The notes: generated from the sequence alone by a model not told the origin. DNA of 43,701 nt from Betaproteobacteria bacterium (GCA_050257255.1 JBLMWN010000067.1:1-43701), one strand, 5' to 3'. Positions 24,754 through 34,756 are shown, counted from the stretch's first letter. Translations and numbers: made by a program.

Positions 24754-26112
24754 TTACACGTATTCGCGCAGCTGTTTACTGCGGGCCGGATGGCGCAGCT
24801 TCTTGAGCGCCTTGATCTCGATCTGACGGATACGTTCCCGGGTGAGGTTGAAGTACTTCCCGACCTCTTCAAGGGTATGTTCGCTGCCGACGCCGATGCC
24901 GAAACGCATGCGGATGATCTTTTCTTCCCGCTCCGTCAGCGATGAGAGCACCTGCTCAATGCGGTCGGCGGCCTCGCTGTTCTCCAGCGTTTTGAAGGGA
25001 GATACCGATTTTTCATCGATGATGACGTCCTTCAGTTCTTTCTCTTCCGAGAGGATCGGCGTTTCCAGCGATACTGGTTCCTGAATCGCGCGGAGGATCT
25101 CGTTCACCCGTACCACGGACAGACCCATGATCTTCGCCACTTCTTCGGGCGCGGGCTCCCTTCCCCGTTCGCGCATGAACTTCGTATAAATACGGCTGAT
25201 GCGCGTACTTTCTTCGATCAGGTGTACCGGCAGCCGGATCGTGCGCGCCTGGTCGAGAATGGCGCGGGTAATCCGCTGTCTGATCCACCATGTCGAATAG
25301 GTGCTGAACTTGGTGCCTTTGCCGGATTCATACCGATCCGCTGCCTTCATGAGTCCGATGTTGCCTTCCTGGATCAGGTCGAGGAGCGTGAGGCCCCGGT
25401 TTACATATTTCTTTGCGATCGAGACGACGAGCCTCAGGTTGGCCTTGCTCAACTCGTCCTTCGCCTGTTTGACCCTGACCTCCTCCTGCTCAATGCGGCT
25501 CACCATATCCCGCAGAGTCGGTTCATCAAGGCCGAGCTTTTCCAGCTCTGCCGTACTGCCTCGCTCAGCCTGCTTTCCCAGGGTCACGAGTTTTTTGAGC
25601 ATCTTCTCGATCTCCCGGAAGGAAAGGCTCATTTCGTTCAGCGTCGCAGTCGCCCGCTCCATGTCGCGCCGCGCCACCTGACGTTTGAGCCGGTTGTACA
25701 GGCGCATGAATTCAACTTCGAATGAGTCCTTCCACTCGCCGGGAAACCGGAGCACGTCCTGCGCCTTCACGAGTCCCTGCTTGATGTTAGCGCCCAGGGC
25801 CAGAACGCGGGGAATAGCGAGGGGCGAGCTCAAGGCGATTTTTTTGAGCGCCGTCTTGCCCTCCTCGAGCATGCGGACATATTCCTGCTCTTCTTCAATC
25901 TTGAGCATGGGGAATCTGCCGACGGACTTCAAATAGGTGTCAACGAGGTCTGCGCCGACGGCAAGCTCCTCAGCCGCGGTCTCGGCGATCTCGGCAGCAG
26001 AAGGTTCCTCTTCCTCCTCCTCGGCGAGTTCTTCGGCGAGTTCCTCTAACACATCTTCAGGCACCCCTTCAGGGTATCCATTTTTTTCTTCTGATAATGC
26101 CATCTTGCTCAT
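24754..26112 (-). CDS. rpoD: RNA polymerase sigma-70 family factor (RpoD-like, acidic N-terminus)
   Basis: Region 2 LRLVVSIAKKYVNRGLTLLDLIQEGNIGLMKAADRYE, STYSTWWIRQRITRAI, and region 4 TLEEVGKYFNLTRERIRQIEIKALKKLRHP. Confidence 0.92.
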   Translation of the reverse strand: MSKMALSEEKNGYPEGVPEDVLEELAEELAEEEEEEPSAAEIAETAAEELAVGADLVDTYLKSVGRFPMLKIEEEQEYVRMLEEGKTALKKIALSSPLAIPRVLALGANIKQGLVKAQDVLRFPGEWKDSFEVEFMRLYNRLKRQVARRDMERATATLNEMSLSFREIEKMLKKLVTLGKQAERGSTAELEKLGLDEPTLRDMVSRIEQEEVRVKQAKDELSKANLRLVVSIAKKYVNRGLTLLDLIQEGNIGLMKAADRYESGKGTKFSTYSTWWIRQRITRAILDQARTIRLPVHLIEESTRISRIYTKFMRERGREPAPEEVAKIMGLSVVRVNEILRAIQEPVSLETPILSEEKELKDVIIDEKSVSPFKTLENSEAADRIEQVLSSLTEREEKIIRMRFGIGVGSEHTLEEVGKYFNLTRERIRQIEIKALKKLRHPARSKQLREYV

Positions 26113-26192
26113 GCAGCCTCTTCCTGCCTTTCATCTCTTCCTAATTTCAATTATATCAAAAACAGTTTAGAGGTTCAAACGCTAATTCTAAT

Positions 26193-26220
26193 TTGACGCT
26201 GCCTCGACTACGATTATGCT
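26193..26220 (+). promoter_or_regulatory. Candidate sigma70 promoter TTGACG-N16-TATGCT
   Basis: Positions 26193-98 and 26215-20, upstream of the TauE gene. A 10-bp imperfect hairpin follows at about 26249-26275. Confidence 0.3.
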
Positions 26221-26286
26221 GATTTTGTCCGTCTCTTTAGCGCTGGATGCTGCTGATAACATAGGTGTTGTCAGCATATTCCATTT

Positions 26287-27279
26287 ATGCTATTCTTCTC
26301 AGGTATGGAGATCCTGTACATGCTGTTCCCCATTTCGGGGGTAAAAACATGGGTCATCCTCCCACCTTTCGTGGCGCTCATAGTATCATCGTTCACTTCC
26401 ATGGCAGGCGTATCCGGAGCATTCATCCTCCTGCCCTTCCAGATGAGCGTCCTCGGCTTCACCAGCCCTGCTGTCAGTTCCACGAATTTTGTATACAACA
26501 TCGTTGCCATTCCGAGCGGTGTGTACCGCTATTTCAAGGAAGGCCGCATGGCCTGGCCCCTCACGTGGATTGTCATTCTCGGGACCCTGCCCGGTGTTTT
26601 TATCGGTTACTACCTGCGGATTTTGTACCTGCCCGATCCCCGCGCCTTCAAGTTATTTGTCGGCCTCGTTCTCCTGTACATCGGCGGCAGGCTTCTCTAT
26701 GAGATAACGGGAAGGGCGCAGGCGAGCAAGACGAAACTGAGCGAGCTTGACAAGAAATTCGCGGAAAGAACAAAGCGTATCAAGGAACAGCGACACTTGC
26801 AGGCCGCTGCCGGAATCCCTCCGGAGGCGGTCGTTAAGACCATCACCTTCAACATGAAAACGATCGAGTACGAGTTCTGGGGAGAGCGTTTCCGGTTCAG
26901 CGTGCCGGCCATGTCCCTGCTGGCTTTTGCCGTCGGTGTTATCGGCGGGACGTACGGCATCGGCGGCGGCGCCATCATCGCGCCTTTCTGCGTCGCGGTG
27001 TTCCATCTGCCCGTTTACACCGTCGCAGGAGCGGCCCTCCTGGGAACGTTCCTCACCTCGATCGTCGGAGTCTTCTTCTACAGCGTGCTGCCCGCATCGG
27101 GCGGAGTATCGACCTCCCCGGATTGGTGTCTGGGGTTCCTCTTCGGCGCCGGAGGGTTTGCAGGCATGTACATCGGCGCGCGGCTCCAGAAATTTGTCCC
27201 CCAGAAACTTATCAAGCTCATGCTCGGCATCATGATCGTTTCGCTCGCGTTTAAATACATCGAACAATATTTCTTGTAG
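26287..27279 (+). CDS. TauE/SafE-family (DUF81) anion exporter with a central hydrophilic insert
   Basis: Two 4-TM halves (SFTSMAGVSGAFILLPF / IGGTYGIGGGAIIAPF) are separated by a charged segment of about 75 aa. ATG 26305 is an alternative start. Confidence 0.85.
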   Translation: MLFFSGMEILYMLFPISGVKTWVILPPFVALIVSSFTSMAGVSGAFILLPFQMSVLGFTSPAVSSTNFVYNIVAIPSGVYRYFKEGRMAWPLTWIVILGTLPGVFIGYYLRILYLPDPRAFKLFVGLVLLYIGGRLLYEITGRAQASKTKLSELDKKFAERTKRIKEQRHLQAAAGIPPEAVVKTITFNMKTIEYEFWGERFRFSVPAMSLLAFAVGVIGGTYGIGGGAIIAPFCVAVFHLPVYTVAGAALLGTFLTSIVGVFFYSVLPASGGVSTSPDWCLGFLFGAGGFAGMYIGARLQKFVPQKLIKLMLGIMIVSLAFKYIEQYFL

Positions 27280-27415
27280 GCCCCGCGTTCGTAGGCCACT
27301 GCTGACTCGAGATATCGTTTAATAATCTCATCCTTCTTTCACTTTGCTCTCAACACAAACCCGGATACCTCGACAGATGGGTCGAAGAGATATCGAAAAC
27401 AATCAGGATTTGAGC

Positions 27416-27447
27416 AGTCAGACATGTGTTGCTCTGACTTTGATTTT
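27416..27447 (+). terminator. Candidate intrinsic terminator downstream of the TauE gene
   Basis: AGUCAGA-(10 nt)-UCUGACU followed by UUGAUUUUC. Confidence 0.5.
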
Positions 27448-27457
27448 CATACATCCG

Positions 27458-28033
27458 CTATTTCAATCCTCTGCTCCCCGGCTTTATGGGCCTGCTCCCC
27501 GCCTTGCACAGAGGACAGGCTTCAGGTGCATAGGTCGGCACATCAAGGGTCACGAGTGATTTGTATGGCACGCCAAGATCCGCCTTCCCGCCCGAGCGGT
27601 CGACCAGAGAACCGGCGGCGATAACCACCCCGCCCGCCTCTGCGACCACCTTCATCGTTTCTTTCGTGGATTTTCCGGTCGTGATGACGTCCTCGACCAC
27701 AAGCACGCGCTCGCCCGGTTTGATCGTGAATCCGCGCCGAAGGGCCAGTTCGCCATGCACGCGCTCGGCAAAGAGCGCACGCACACCGAGAGAGCGCGCG
27801 GTCTCGTGCGATACAAACACGCCACCGAGCGCCGGCGCGATCACGACTTCGACGCGGGCGTCTTTGAAATGGGCCGCAAGGGCCGCACAGAGTTTGGTCG
27901 CGATTTCCGGTTGCTGAAGCACGAGTGCGGACTGGAGATACTGTTCACTGTGCAGGCCCGACGAAAGCAGAAAATGGCCCGTGAGCAGCGCCCCGGTTTT
28001 TTTATAGATATCCAATACCTGTTCTGATGTCAT
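27458..28033 (-). CDS. pyrE: Orotate phosphoribosyltransferase
   Basis: GHFLLSSGLHSEQYLQ and PRPP motif VLVVEDVITTGKST. ATG 28033 lies 7 nt after AAGGGG. Confidence 0.92.
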   Translation of the reverse strand: MTSEQVLDIYKKTGALLTGHFLLSSGLHSEQYLQSALVLQQPEIATKLCAALAAHFKDARVEVVIAPALGGVFVSHETARSLGVRALFAERVHGELALRRGFTIKPGERVLVVEDVITTGKSTKETMKVVAEAGGVVIAAGSLVDRSGGKADLGVPYKSLVTLDVPTYAPEACPLCKAGSRPIKPGSRGLK

Positions 28034-28232
28034 AATGATACCCCTTGAATTCATGTGCTACAGAGTTCACAAAGAAAAGCGTACGTTCAAGATCCAACGT
28101 CACTCCCGGCGATTCGTCAAGAGCCTTGCAAATCTTTAAACGCGCTGCTCACCCTTGTCGTGACGCGGGGACCATCAAGTGGGTTCTTCTGTTCTTACGC
28201 CTGAGAACTCAGTATGCTCTGTGGCTGAATTT

Positions 28233-28991
28233 CTATTTCATTTCTTCGATTATTCTCTCCACCGCCGTCTTTCGGTCCGGAGCCATAAGCACCGGCCTCC
28301 CTACCACGATATAGTCGGCGCCGCTTGCGACCGCTTCTCCAGGGGTCATGATTCTCTTCTGGTCGTCCTTCCCCGCCCACTCCGGCCGCACGCCCGGTGT
28401 GAGAATGATGAAAGCTCCGCGGACCGCCTTGCGCAGCATCTTGATCTCCTGCGGCGAAGCAACGACACCGTGCATGCCGGCACGCCGGGCCAGCCTCGCA
28501 AGGTGAGAGACCTCCCGCGGAAGGGATCGTGAAATTTTTAATTCCCGGCGCAGGCTCTGGCCGTCCATGCTCGTGAGAATGGTAACAGCCAAGAGGATCG
28601 GCAACGGCAGCTTGTGCCGTGCCGCGGTTTCCTTCGCCGCTTCTGCAGCGGCCTTCATCATGTCCAGGCCTCCAAGGGCATGGACATTGAACATGCTGAC
28701 TCCCAGCTTTACGGCTTCGGTCGATGCCTTTGCAACCGTGTTCGGAATATCATGATACTTGAGATCGAGGAATACGCGACCACCCATGCCGATGATGCGG
28801 CGCACAATGTCCGGTCCGTAGGCTGTAAAGAGCTGGAGACCGACTTTGAACATACCCACCTCACCCTTGAGCTCGGCAACGAGACCAAGCGCTTCCGTGT
28901 CGTCATCGACGTCGAGGGCGAGAACGACGCGGTCTCGCCCCGATACGTTCGAATTTCGGACTGCTGCATTATGTGATTTGATCGTTGGCAT
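28233..28991 (-). CDS. pyrF: Orotidine 5'-phosphate decarboxylase
   Basis: VVLALDV...FKVG...VFLDLKYHDIPNTV...ILTPGVRP...IVVGRP. Confidence 0.92.
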   Translation of the reverse strand: MPTIKSHNAAVRNSNVSGRDRVVLALDVDDDTEALGLVAELKGEVGMFKVGLQLFTAYGPDIVRRIIGMGGRVFLDLKYHDIPNTVAKASTEAVKLGVSMFNVHALGGLDMMKAAAEAAKETAARHKLPLPILLAVTILTSMDGQSLRRELKISRSLPREVSHLARLARRAGMHGVVASPQEIKMLRKAVRGAFIILTPGVRPEWAGKDDQKRIMTPGEAVASGADYIVVGRPVLMAPDRKTAVERIIEEMK

Positions 28992-28995
28992 CCCG

Positions 28996-29565
28996 TTAAT
29001 AGATTCTCAGCAGGCTCACGACCCGGTCCTTGAACAGCTCGGCGAGCGAGTGGAGGCTCGGCAAGCTCAAAAACTCATCGGCATTGTTCGAGAACAGTAT
29101 CCACGCCTCGGCAGGAAAATCCTGGGTCTCTTGGGAGAGTTCAACATGCAGGTACACTCTCGGCAACGCACGCACCGTAAGTGCAATATCGCTTCCAATG
29201 ATGCTCGGCACCGTACTTGCATCCACCATGGGTAGAAGAGTGTTGGCCCGGGCGATGATTTCCGTCACATACTGAGTCATCGGCAGTTCCACTTTTTTTC
29301 TGAATGTCGATGATGCCTTGCTGGAGAAATCACCGATCGATCGCCATGGCATGATGACTGTCTCCGATTCCCGTGCGGACAGATAGTCCATCACCACGGC
29401 CGCATGCGCGTCAGGGGCTTTCTGGCCCCGGAGAAAGACGCCGTCGCGCCGGATAAGGTATTCCTGGCCGAGCATGCCGAGAAGCAGCGCGTCCTCTTCT
29501 ATGTTATAGCGGGCGCCGATTCGCGGTGCTAGTGAGGTGAATGAAATATTGTCGAGGATTTTCAC
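28996..29565 (-). CDS. Hypothetical protein (possibly DUF3786-like), immediately upstream of pyrF
   Basis: A clean 189-aa ORF whose stop lies 4 nt before the pyrF start. The family assignment is only a weak recollection. Confidence 0.65.
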   Translation of the reverse strand: MKILDNISFTSLAPRIGARYNIEEDALLLGMLGQEYLIRRDGVFLRGQKAPDAHAAVVMDYLSARESETVIMPWRSIGDFSSKASSTFRKKVELPMTQYVTEIIARANTLLPMVDASTVPSIIGSDIALTVRALPRVYLHVELSQETQDFPAEAWILFSNNADEFLSLPSLHSLAELFKDRVVSLLRIY

Positions 29566-29686
29566 TCATGGACTCCGGCCGGCGCAAAAGGCTGGAAGAA
29601 ATTATACCTGTAACCGCAGGAAAGGACAACAGAAAAATCAGGATATCGGCACGGCTGCCCACCATGGAAGAGCTAGGGTAACGAAG

Positions 29687-30172
29687 TCAGGTTTCCTTCT
29701 TGATCTTGGCGATTATTTCGGCGATCAATTCCTGGAAGTTGATCTGGAGCTGGATGACGTCGGACGGCAAGCGCTCCTCAAATTGGTAATCGCCGTCGGA
29801 CCAGAGGAACAGGCTGAAAATGATATCCTTCACCTGGATCTTCAGGCCGCTGAAGAGTTCTTTGGGGGGCACGAAGCCGCTTTCAACCAGAATCGCACCC
29901 ATTTTTTTTAATCCTGCGTGCTTCTTGTACAACTGGAGGGCATGCTCCAGATTTTCCCGCGAGATTTTGCCCGCCCTGACGAGGCTCTCACCGAGTCGGT
30001 CTCGGGCATCCGTAGAAGTTGCAAAGATTATCTGGCCGTCTTTTGTATGGATGCTTTTTGCGACATCGTCCCTGCGCACGGTCAGCGTGCCGGTCGCCTT
30101 TCTCTGGCGCAAAGCTTCGAGGACATCCGAGAGCGGCGTGGCTCTGAGTTTTCCTGAAAACGGAATAGGCAT
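29687..30172 (-). CDS. DUF4388 (PatA-N-like) domain protein
   Basis: GKLRATPLSDVLEALRQRKATGTLTV....KSIHTKDGQIIFATS...DRLGESLVRAGKIS. ATG 30172 is chosen over the longer track ORF. Confidence 0.72.
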   Translation of the reverse strand: MPIPFSGKLRATPLSDVLEALRQRKATGTLTVRRDDVAKSIHTKDGQIIFATSTDARDRLGESLVRAGKISRENLEHALQLYKKHAGLKKMGAILVESGFVPPKELFSGLKIQVKDIIFSLFLWSDGDYQFEERLPSDVIQLQINFQELIAEIIAKIKKET

Positions 30173-30271
30173 AGTTCTGATACCTAATGCAGGGAACGCG
30201 ACTCCGTCAGTGCGCAAGCGCGACTGCCTGCACATGTATCGCTGCCAATAGAAAGAGAGAACAGACCGCCG

Positions 30272-30901
30272 TCAATACTCAAACCTGATACCCGCCCCCC
30301 CTGTTGTAGCTTCGCCTCCCTTGATTTCCAGGAGGATCATGAATTTCTGGCTCACTTTCCATTCAAGGCCTGCAAAAACGTTCACGAAGGTATCGCGGTC
30401 CTCAGGGAGAGAGCCATAGAGAGCCGACATGGCCAGCCCTCCGTAGGGGGTGAGCTTGTACCCCCGGTCCGTCAGGGGAAAGCTTTTGCTGACGATGGTC
30501 GCGAACGTCAGTTCGCTGGCATTCTTTCTGTTGATGATCAGGTTGTCGAGACCGAGGTCCACCGAAAGATCAAGAGGAATGTTCTCGGTCTCTTTCACCA
30601 GCTGATACTTGAAATCGGCCCCGATCAGAGCACCCACTTTGTCTTCCGAACCTATGGTAGCAGACGTGACGCCAAGCTTAACGCCGACTTCCATCATCGC
30701 TCCTAAACCGTACCGGAAGTCAGGATAGTAGTTCTTAAAGTGATCCCCGAGGGTAAAAAGGACGCCGGTCTGGGTCATGCCGGGATCAAGACTCTCGGCT
30801 GTCATAAATTCGTTCAGCGTAAAGTGAGTAAGAGCCATTGCCTTGCCGCCTGACAACAGCACGACACCGATCATGACAACTACTAAAATAATCTTTCTCA
30901 T
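30272..30901 (-). CDS. Small outer-membrane beta-barrel protein
   Basis: Signal peptide MRKIILVVVMIGVVLLSGGKAMA, alternating amphipathic strands, and a C-terminal GIRFEY. Confidence 0.8.
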   Translation of the reverse strand: MRKIILVVVMIGVVLLSGGKAMALTHFTLNEFMTAESLDPGMTQTGVLFTLGDHFKNYYPDFRYGLGAMMEVGVKLGVTSATIGSEDKVGALIGADFKYQLVKETENIPLDLSVDLGLDNLIINRKNASELTFATIVSKSFPLTDRGYKLTPYGGLAMSALYGSLPEDRDTFVNVFAGLEWKVSQKFMILLEIKGGEATTGGAGIRFEY

Positions 30902-31097
30902 TTTCTAACCTCCACGCCTTTTGATTGTTCATGCAGCGATTCGGAATATAGCATCAAACATCGTGATTGACAAGAAAAAAATCGGAGCGCAGAAAATGTC
31001 GATAAAGCGGGGGCTGGATCGGCTGCAGGTACAGGCAGGGTACGGGAATAGAAGCACAGAGCGGGACTTTGGAGGAGGTTTCTTCCCTCTGCTCCGA

Positions 31098-31634
31098 TCA
31101 GCCGTCCTTGTTCAGCTCGATGTTCCAGTAGAGATAATCCCGCCAGCTAAGAGGGGCGTTCTTGATGCCGATCGTCATTGTGACGACGGGCATCCATTTG
31201 GGTTTTGCAGGGGGGCGGATCAGCCGCATCTTTGCTTCCTGGGGCGTCCTGCCGCCTTTTCTGTTGTTGCATGCGAGGCAGGCGGTCACAATGTTTTCCC
31301 ACGTGGCCTGTCCACCCTGCACTTGCGGTATGACATGGTCAAAGGTCAGTTCTTCTGCCGGATACTTAGCGCCGCAGTACTGGCAGGTATATTTGTCCCG
31401 CTGGTAAATATTAGCCCGTGAAAACCGTGCCTCTCTGCTTGTGCGCCGGATTTTGACCAGTTTGAGCAGCCTGAGGATGGAAGGAAGTTTGAAGGTGATG
31501 GACACTCCACGGACGTCTCGATCATAGAAATCGATTACCTCCACCTTGCCCTGGGTCAGCAGGGTAATCGCTCTCTGCCACGAGATGACCTTGAGCGGTT
31601 CAAATGTTGCATTGAGGAGCAGCGTCCGTTCCAT
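31098..31634 (-). CDS. HNH endonuclease (stand-alone, McrA-like nuclease motif)
   Basis: CQYCG...LTFDHVIPQVQGG..TWENIVTACLACNNRKG. Confidence 0.9.
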   Translation of the reverse strand: MERTLLLNATFEPLKVISWQRAITLLTQGKVEVIDFYDRDVRGVSITFKLPSILRLLKLVKIRRTSREARFSRANIYQRDKYTCQYCGAKYPAEELTFDHVIPQVQGGQATWENIVTACLACNNRKGGRTPQEAKMRLIRPPAKPKWMPVVTMTIGIKNAPLSWRDYLYWNIELNKDG

Positions 31635-31770
31635 TGCAATCCTCGAAAAGCCGCGACGGATCAGAACCGAAAAAACTGCAAATTCGTGTTGTTTGAGGTA
31701 TAAAAATACAGAAAACTTCAGTGTTTGTCAATAGGTTTGAAAAAGGTTTGAAAACCCGTATAATGGAACC

Positions 31771-32664
31771 ATGGCCGATGCCGAACAATCCAAACTCGAG
31801 CAAGCCGCCGCCGCAAACGGGGAGCAGATCCTGGCGCTGCTCCACGATCCGTCGCCGCAGGTCATCAGGATGCTGCTCGGAAACAGGAACCTGAGCGAAG
31901 ACGATGTCCTGGTCATTGCGGCCAGAAAAAACCTGCCTCCTGATGTACTCAACATGATCGCCAAGGACAAGCGCTGGGCAGAAAGTTACCCCGTCCGCCT
32001 TGCGCTGGCCAAAAATCCCAAAACGCCGATCTCGGTCTCGCTCTCCATTGTGCGCTACCTTCGCCTTCTTGATATCGCAGAGATATCCCGAAGCCACCTC
32101 CTTCCCCTCGCCTTCCGTCATAAGGTCGAGATAATCATCGTGGAGCGTATTCCCACCATGCCGCTCGGGCTCAAAAAATCCCTTGCAAAAATGGCCGGGG
32201 GAAACGTCCTGCTCAAGCTGTTGCAGGACCCGGATCACGAAGTGATTGCATTGTGTCTGAATAATCCCCGGCTCGTGGAAAGCCACCTCTACAAAATCAT
32301 CAGCCGCAAGGAAACGATCTCGGAAACAATACGTATTATCGCCGCACACCCGAACTGGTCCAGCCGCTCGCTTATCAGGCTCGCGCTGGTCAGGAACGAT
32401 CACACGCCTCTTATGCACTCGGGACGTTTTCTCCAGGCAATGAAATTAATGGAACTGCGGGAGCTCTGCGCGGACCCGTCTCTCTCGGCCACAATCAGGC
32501 CTCTCGTCCACCGGGAGCTCGGGGAACGAGGAGAAGACCCGGAGAAGCGAGTTGAGGAAACCATCTACGAAATAGATGAAAATGATGAAGCAGTGGTGGA
32601 CGAGTTTACTGTCACGGAAGGGTCTCAAGATGCGGATGACCGGGAAAAAGAGGATACCGGATAG
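31771..32664 (+). CDS. HEAT/LRV-like helical-repeat protein with acidic C-terminal tail
   Basis: Recurring LL.DP...V......NP.L.E units (LALAKNPKTP, LALVRNDHTP) and an Asp/Glu-rich tail. Preferred over antisense ORF 31600..32418. Confidence 0.7.
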   Translation: MADAEQSKLEQAAAANGEQILALLHDPSPQVIRMLLGNRNLSEDDVLVIAARKNLPPDVLNMIAKDKRWAESYPVRLALAKNPKTPISVSLSIVRYLRLLDIAEISRSHLLPLAFRHKVEIIIVERIPTMPLGLKKSLAKMAGGNVLLKLLQDPDHEVIALCLNNPRLVESHLYKIISRKETISETIRIIAAHPNWSSRSLIRLALVRNDHTPLMHSGRFLQAMKLMELRELCADPSLSATIRPLVHRELGERGEDPEKRVEETIYEIDENDEAVVDEFTVTEGSQDADDREKEDTG

Positions 32665-32790
32665 GTGCATCGGGCTAGCATAACCGTGCTTCAAAAAAAA
32701 TATTTATCAAAAACACGCGGGTTGCAGACTAATCGGGAAACAGGGTTGCTACTCTGTCCATTCACAAATCCTCTTTTGCTCATGCTGGCT

Positions 32791-33951
32791 TCATGGCAGC
32801 AGCCTGAGCGCCCACCCCTGTCCCACGGTTATGGCGCCGTGAGGGCAGAACTCCTGGCAGCAGAAACAGCGGATGCAGTCACGGTAGCGGATTTCCAGTT
32901 TTTTGCCCTGGCTTTCGATCGCGCCTTGCGGGCAGTGGCCCTGGCAGATGCCGCACCGGCTGCAGAGAGCATGGTCGATCGTCGGCCTGGTAGTGACGGC
33001 GTTTTTAAGCGAGCTGCGCGCCCACTCCGGCAGTCTCCACTCGATATGTTCCTGCGGCGGCAGACGGAAGTGTTTGACCACTGCGTGTTCCAAGGGATCA
33101 CCTAGGACCCTGATACGGTCCAACATCGTTTCGCCGATACCTGCCGCCGCTGCAGCCCGGATGATGGGGAGTTTCTCCGGTGCCACTCCCACCAGTTTCC
33201 CCGACACAACATCAACGGACACCGCATCCCAGCCGGCAATGAGGACACCGATCTGACGGGGATCGCCGCTGCCGGGGCCGTTCCCCTCCATGCCGACGAT
33301 GGCATCCACAACAGTGAGTCGCGGCTTGAGGAGCGCATGCAGCTCCACCAGCATCCTCATAAAAAGATCACGATTCACCCCGGCATTGAAGTGCCATTGC
33401 ACCTTGCGTTTACCCGGAATGCATCCAAAAAGGTTCTTGACCGCGCCGGTAAGCGTCGTCATCCCATGGGTTTTGAGCTTCGGAAGATTGATGATCGCAT
33501 CCGCCTCGTATGCAGCGCGGGCGATTGCGAAGCGCTGGAATCTCCCCGCGTTTTTTACCTCCACTGCCTCTTCAAGGCTCGTAAGCTCGGCGCCTTCTTC
33601 ATTCACGACATCAATGATACCGGATTTTTCTGCAACCTTCCTGAGATCTCCCATACCCGGGCTGTCGCCCACCATGGCTGTGCCACCCTCTTCATGGACA
33701 AGCCTGATGACGGCCCGGACGACCTCGGGATGGGTCGTGACCGCGGCTTCCGGAGGCTTGGCCTTCAACAAGTTCGGCTTTATCAGGACCCGATCGCCGG
33801 TCTTTATGAACGCGCTCATGCCGCCCAGCAGACCAACGGCCCTGCGTGCTGCAGAAAACGTCCTTTCCCGGTCGTAGTCAGCACATCGCACTATGGAAAC
33901 GTCCGACGAAGTTCTTTCTGTGGCTGTTTCAGAAGGCTGATTATTCCGCAT
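32791..33951 (-). CDS. DUF362-domain protein with a C-terminal 2x[4Fe-4S] ferredoxin domain
   Basis: VLIKPNLL...THPEVV...DSPG core, plus CSRCGICQGHCP and CIRCFCCQEFCP. Start is ATG 33951, or 33972 in the same frame. Confidence 0.85.
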   Translation of the reverse strand: MRNNQPSETATERTSSDVSIVRCADYDRERTFSAARRAVGLLGGMSAFIKTGDRVLIKPNLLKAKPPEAAVTTHPEVVRAVIRLVHEEGGTAMVGDSPGMGDLRKVAEKSGIIDVVNEEGAELTSLEEAVEVKNAGRFQRFAIARAAYEADAIINLPKLKTHGMTTLTGAVKNLFGCIPGKRKVQWHFNAGVNRDLFMRMLVELHALLKPRLTVVDAIVGMEGNGPGSGDPRQIGVLIAGWDAVSVDVVSGKLVGVAPEKLPIIRAAAAAGIGETMLDRIRVLGDPLEHAVVKHFRLPPQEHIEWRLPEWARSSLKNAVTTRPTIDHALCSRCGICQGHCPQGAIESQGKKLEIRYRDCIRCFCCQEFCPHGAITVGQGWALRLLP

Positions 33952-34756
33952 GCCGCAATCCGCATTCCGCATTTCTTTGGGTCTTTTGCAGCGTTTCCAC
34001 CATCTGCCGGTGGATCCTGCCGTTGCTCGCAAGGATTTCTTCGGCATGAACATCGAACTTGTTTCCCGAGAGGTCCGAGACCAGTCCTTCCGCTTCGGTC
34101 ACAATGAGACTTCCGGCTGCAACGTCCCAGGGTTTCAGCTTAAGCTCCCAGAACCCGTCAAACCGTCCGGAAGCGACATAACACAAGTCGAGTGCCGCTG
34201 ATCCGTCGCGGCGGACCTCTTGCGATGCCATGAGGAGGTTATGGAAATAGTCCAGATTATTTTTATCGCTGACCGTGCGGTCGTAAGGAAACCCCGTGGC
34301 AAGCAGACTTTTTATGAGCGCGTCTGCGTCCGAGACCCTGATCTTCTTCCCATTCAAAGCAGACCCCTGACCTTTCCGCGCCGAGAACAACTCATCTCTC
34401 ATGGGATCATAAACAACGCCGACGATGATCTCGCCGTCATGCTCGAGCGCAATAGACACCGAGAAGCAGGGATATCCATGGGCGTAGTTCGTGGTGCCGT
34501 CGAGGGGATCTATGATCCACATGAAGCCGGATTCATTCCGTATGGTTGTTTCTTCCTCGGCAATGATGCCGTGGCCGGGGAAAGAAGCAAGCAGTGTCTC
34601 GACCACGACGTGCTCCGATTGCATATCCATCTCGGTGACCAGATTGATGTCACCCTTATAGGTAATCTTCCGTCTGCCGTTTACGTTATCGCGCAGTATC
34701 CTGCCCGCCTTGCGTGCTGCTTCGCTCGCGACGATCAAAAAGTCCTTCATGGACAT
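33941..34756 (-). CDS. suhB: Inositol monophosphatase family protein (SuhB-like)
   Basis: EE..., WIIDPLDGTTNYAHG, WDVAAG motifs. Confidence 0.92.
   Translation of the reverse strand: MSMKDFLIVASEAARKAGRILRDNVNGRRKITYKGDINLVTEMDMQSEHVVVETLLASFPGHGIIAEEETTIRNESGFMWIIDPLDGTTNYAHGYPCFSVSIALEHDGEIIVGVVYDPMRDELFSARKGQGSALNGKKIRVSDADALIKSLLATGFPYDRTVSDKNNLDYFHNLLMASQEVRRDGSAALDLCYVASGRFDGFWELKLKPWDVAAGSLIVTEAEGLVSDLSGNKFDVHAEEILASNGRIHRQMVETLQKTQRNAECGLRHAE
33945..33972 (-). repeat. Four tandem heptamers (ATGCGGA-like) at the suhB / DUF362 gene junction
   Basis: The minus strand reads atgcgga atgcgga ttgcggc atgcgga. The repeat contains both candidate start codons of the DUF362 gene and encodes the suhB C-terminal tail. 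Confidence 0.6.

Noticed and set aside
26700-26930. A hydrophilic insert of about 75 aa between the two halves of the TauE/SafE transporter.
   Set aside because: From memory, comparable inserts exist in longer members of this family. Nothing in the sequence suggests a separate domain of known function, so novelty is low without a database comparison.
31098-31634. The HNH endonuclease as part of a restriction-modification or other defence system.
   Set aside because: No methyltransferase, helicase, ATPase or specificity subunit is adjacent. The neighbours are an OMP gene and a divergent helical-repeat protein. As far as I recall, this 178-aa stand-alone HNH type is widespread as a solitary gene.
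31600-32418. A 272-aa minus-strand ORF overlapping the helical-repeat protein gene.
   Set aside because: The plus-strand ORF shows regular HEAT/LRV-like repeats and sensible composition. The minus ORF is Arg/Gly/Asp-rich with no motifs and would also overlap the HNH gene start region.
33954-33967. An exact 14-mer, cgcaatccgcattc, shared with 42350-42363 just downstream of the leuA stop.
   Set aside because: A rough expectation for exact 14-mers repeated on either strand in 43.7 kb is several by chance. The flanks diverge immediately on both sides.
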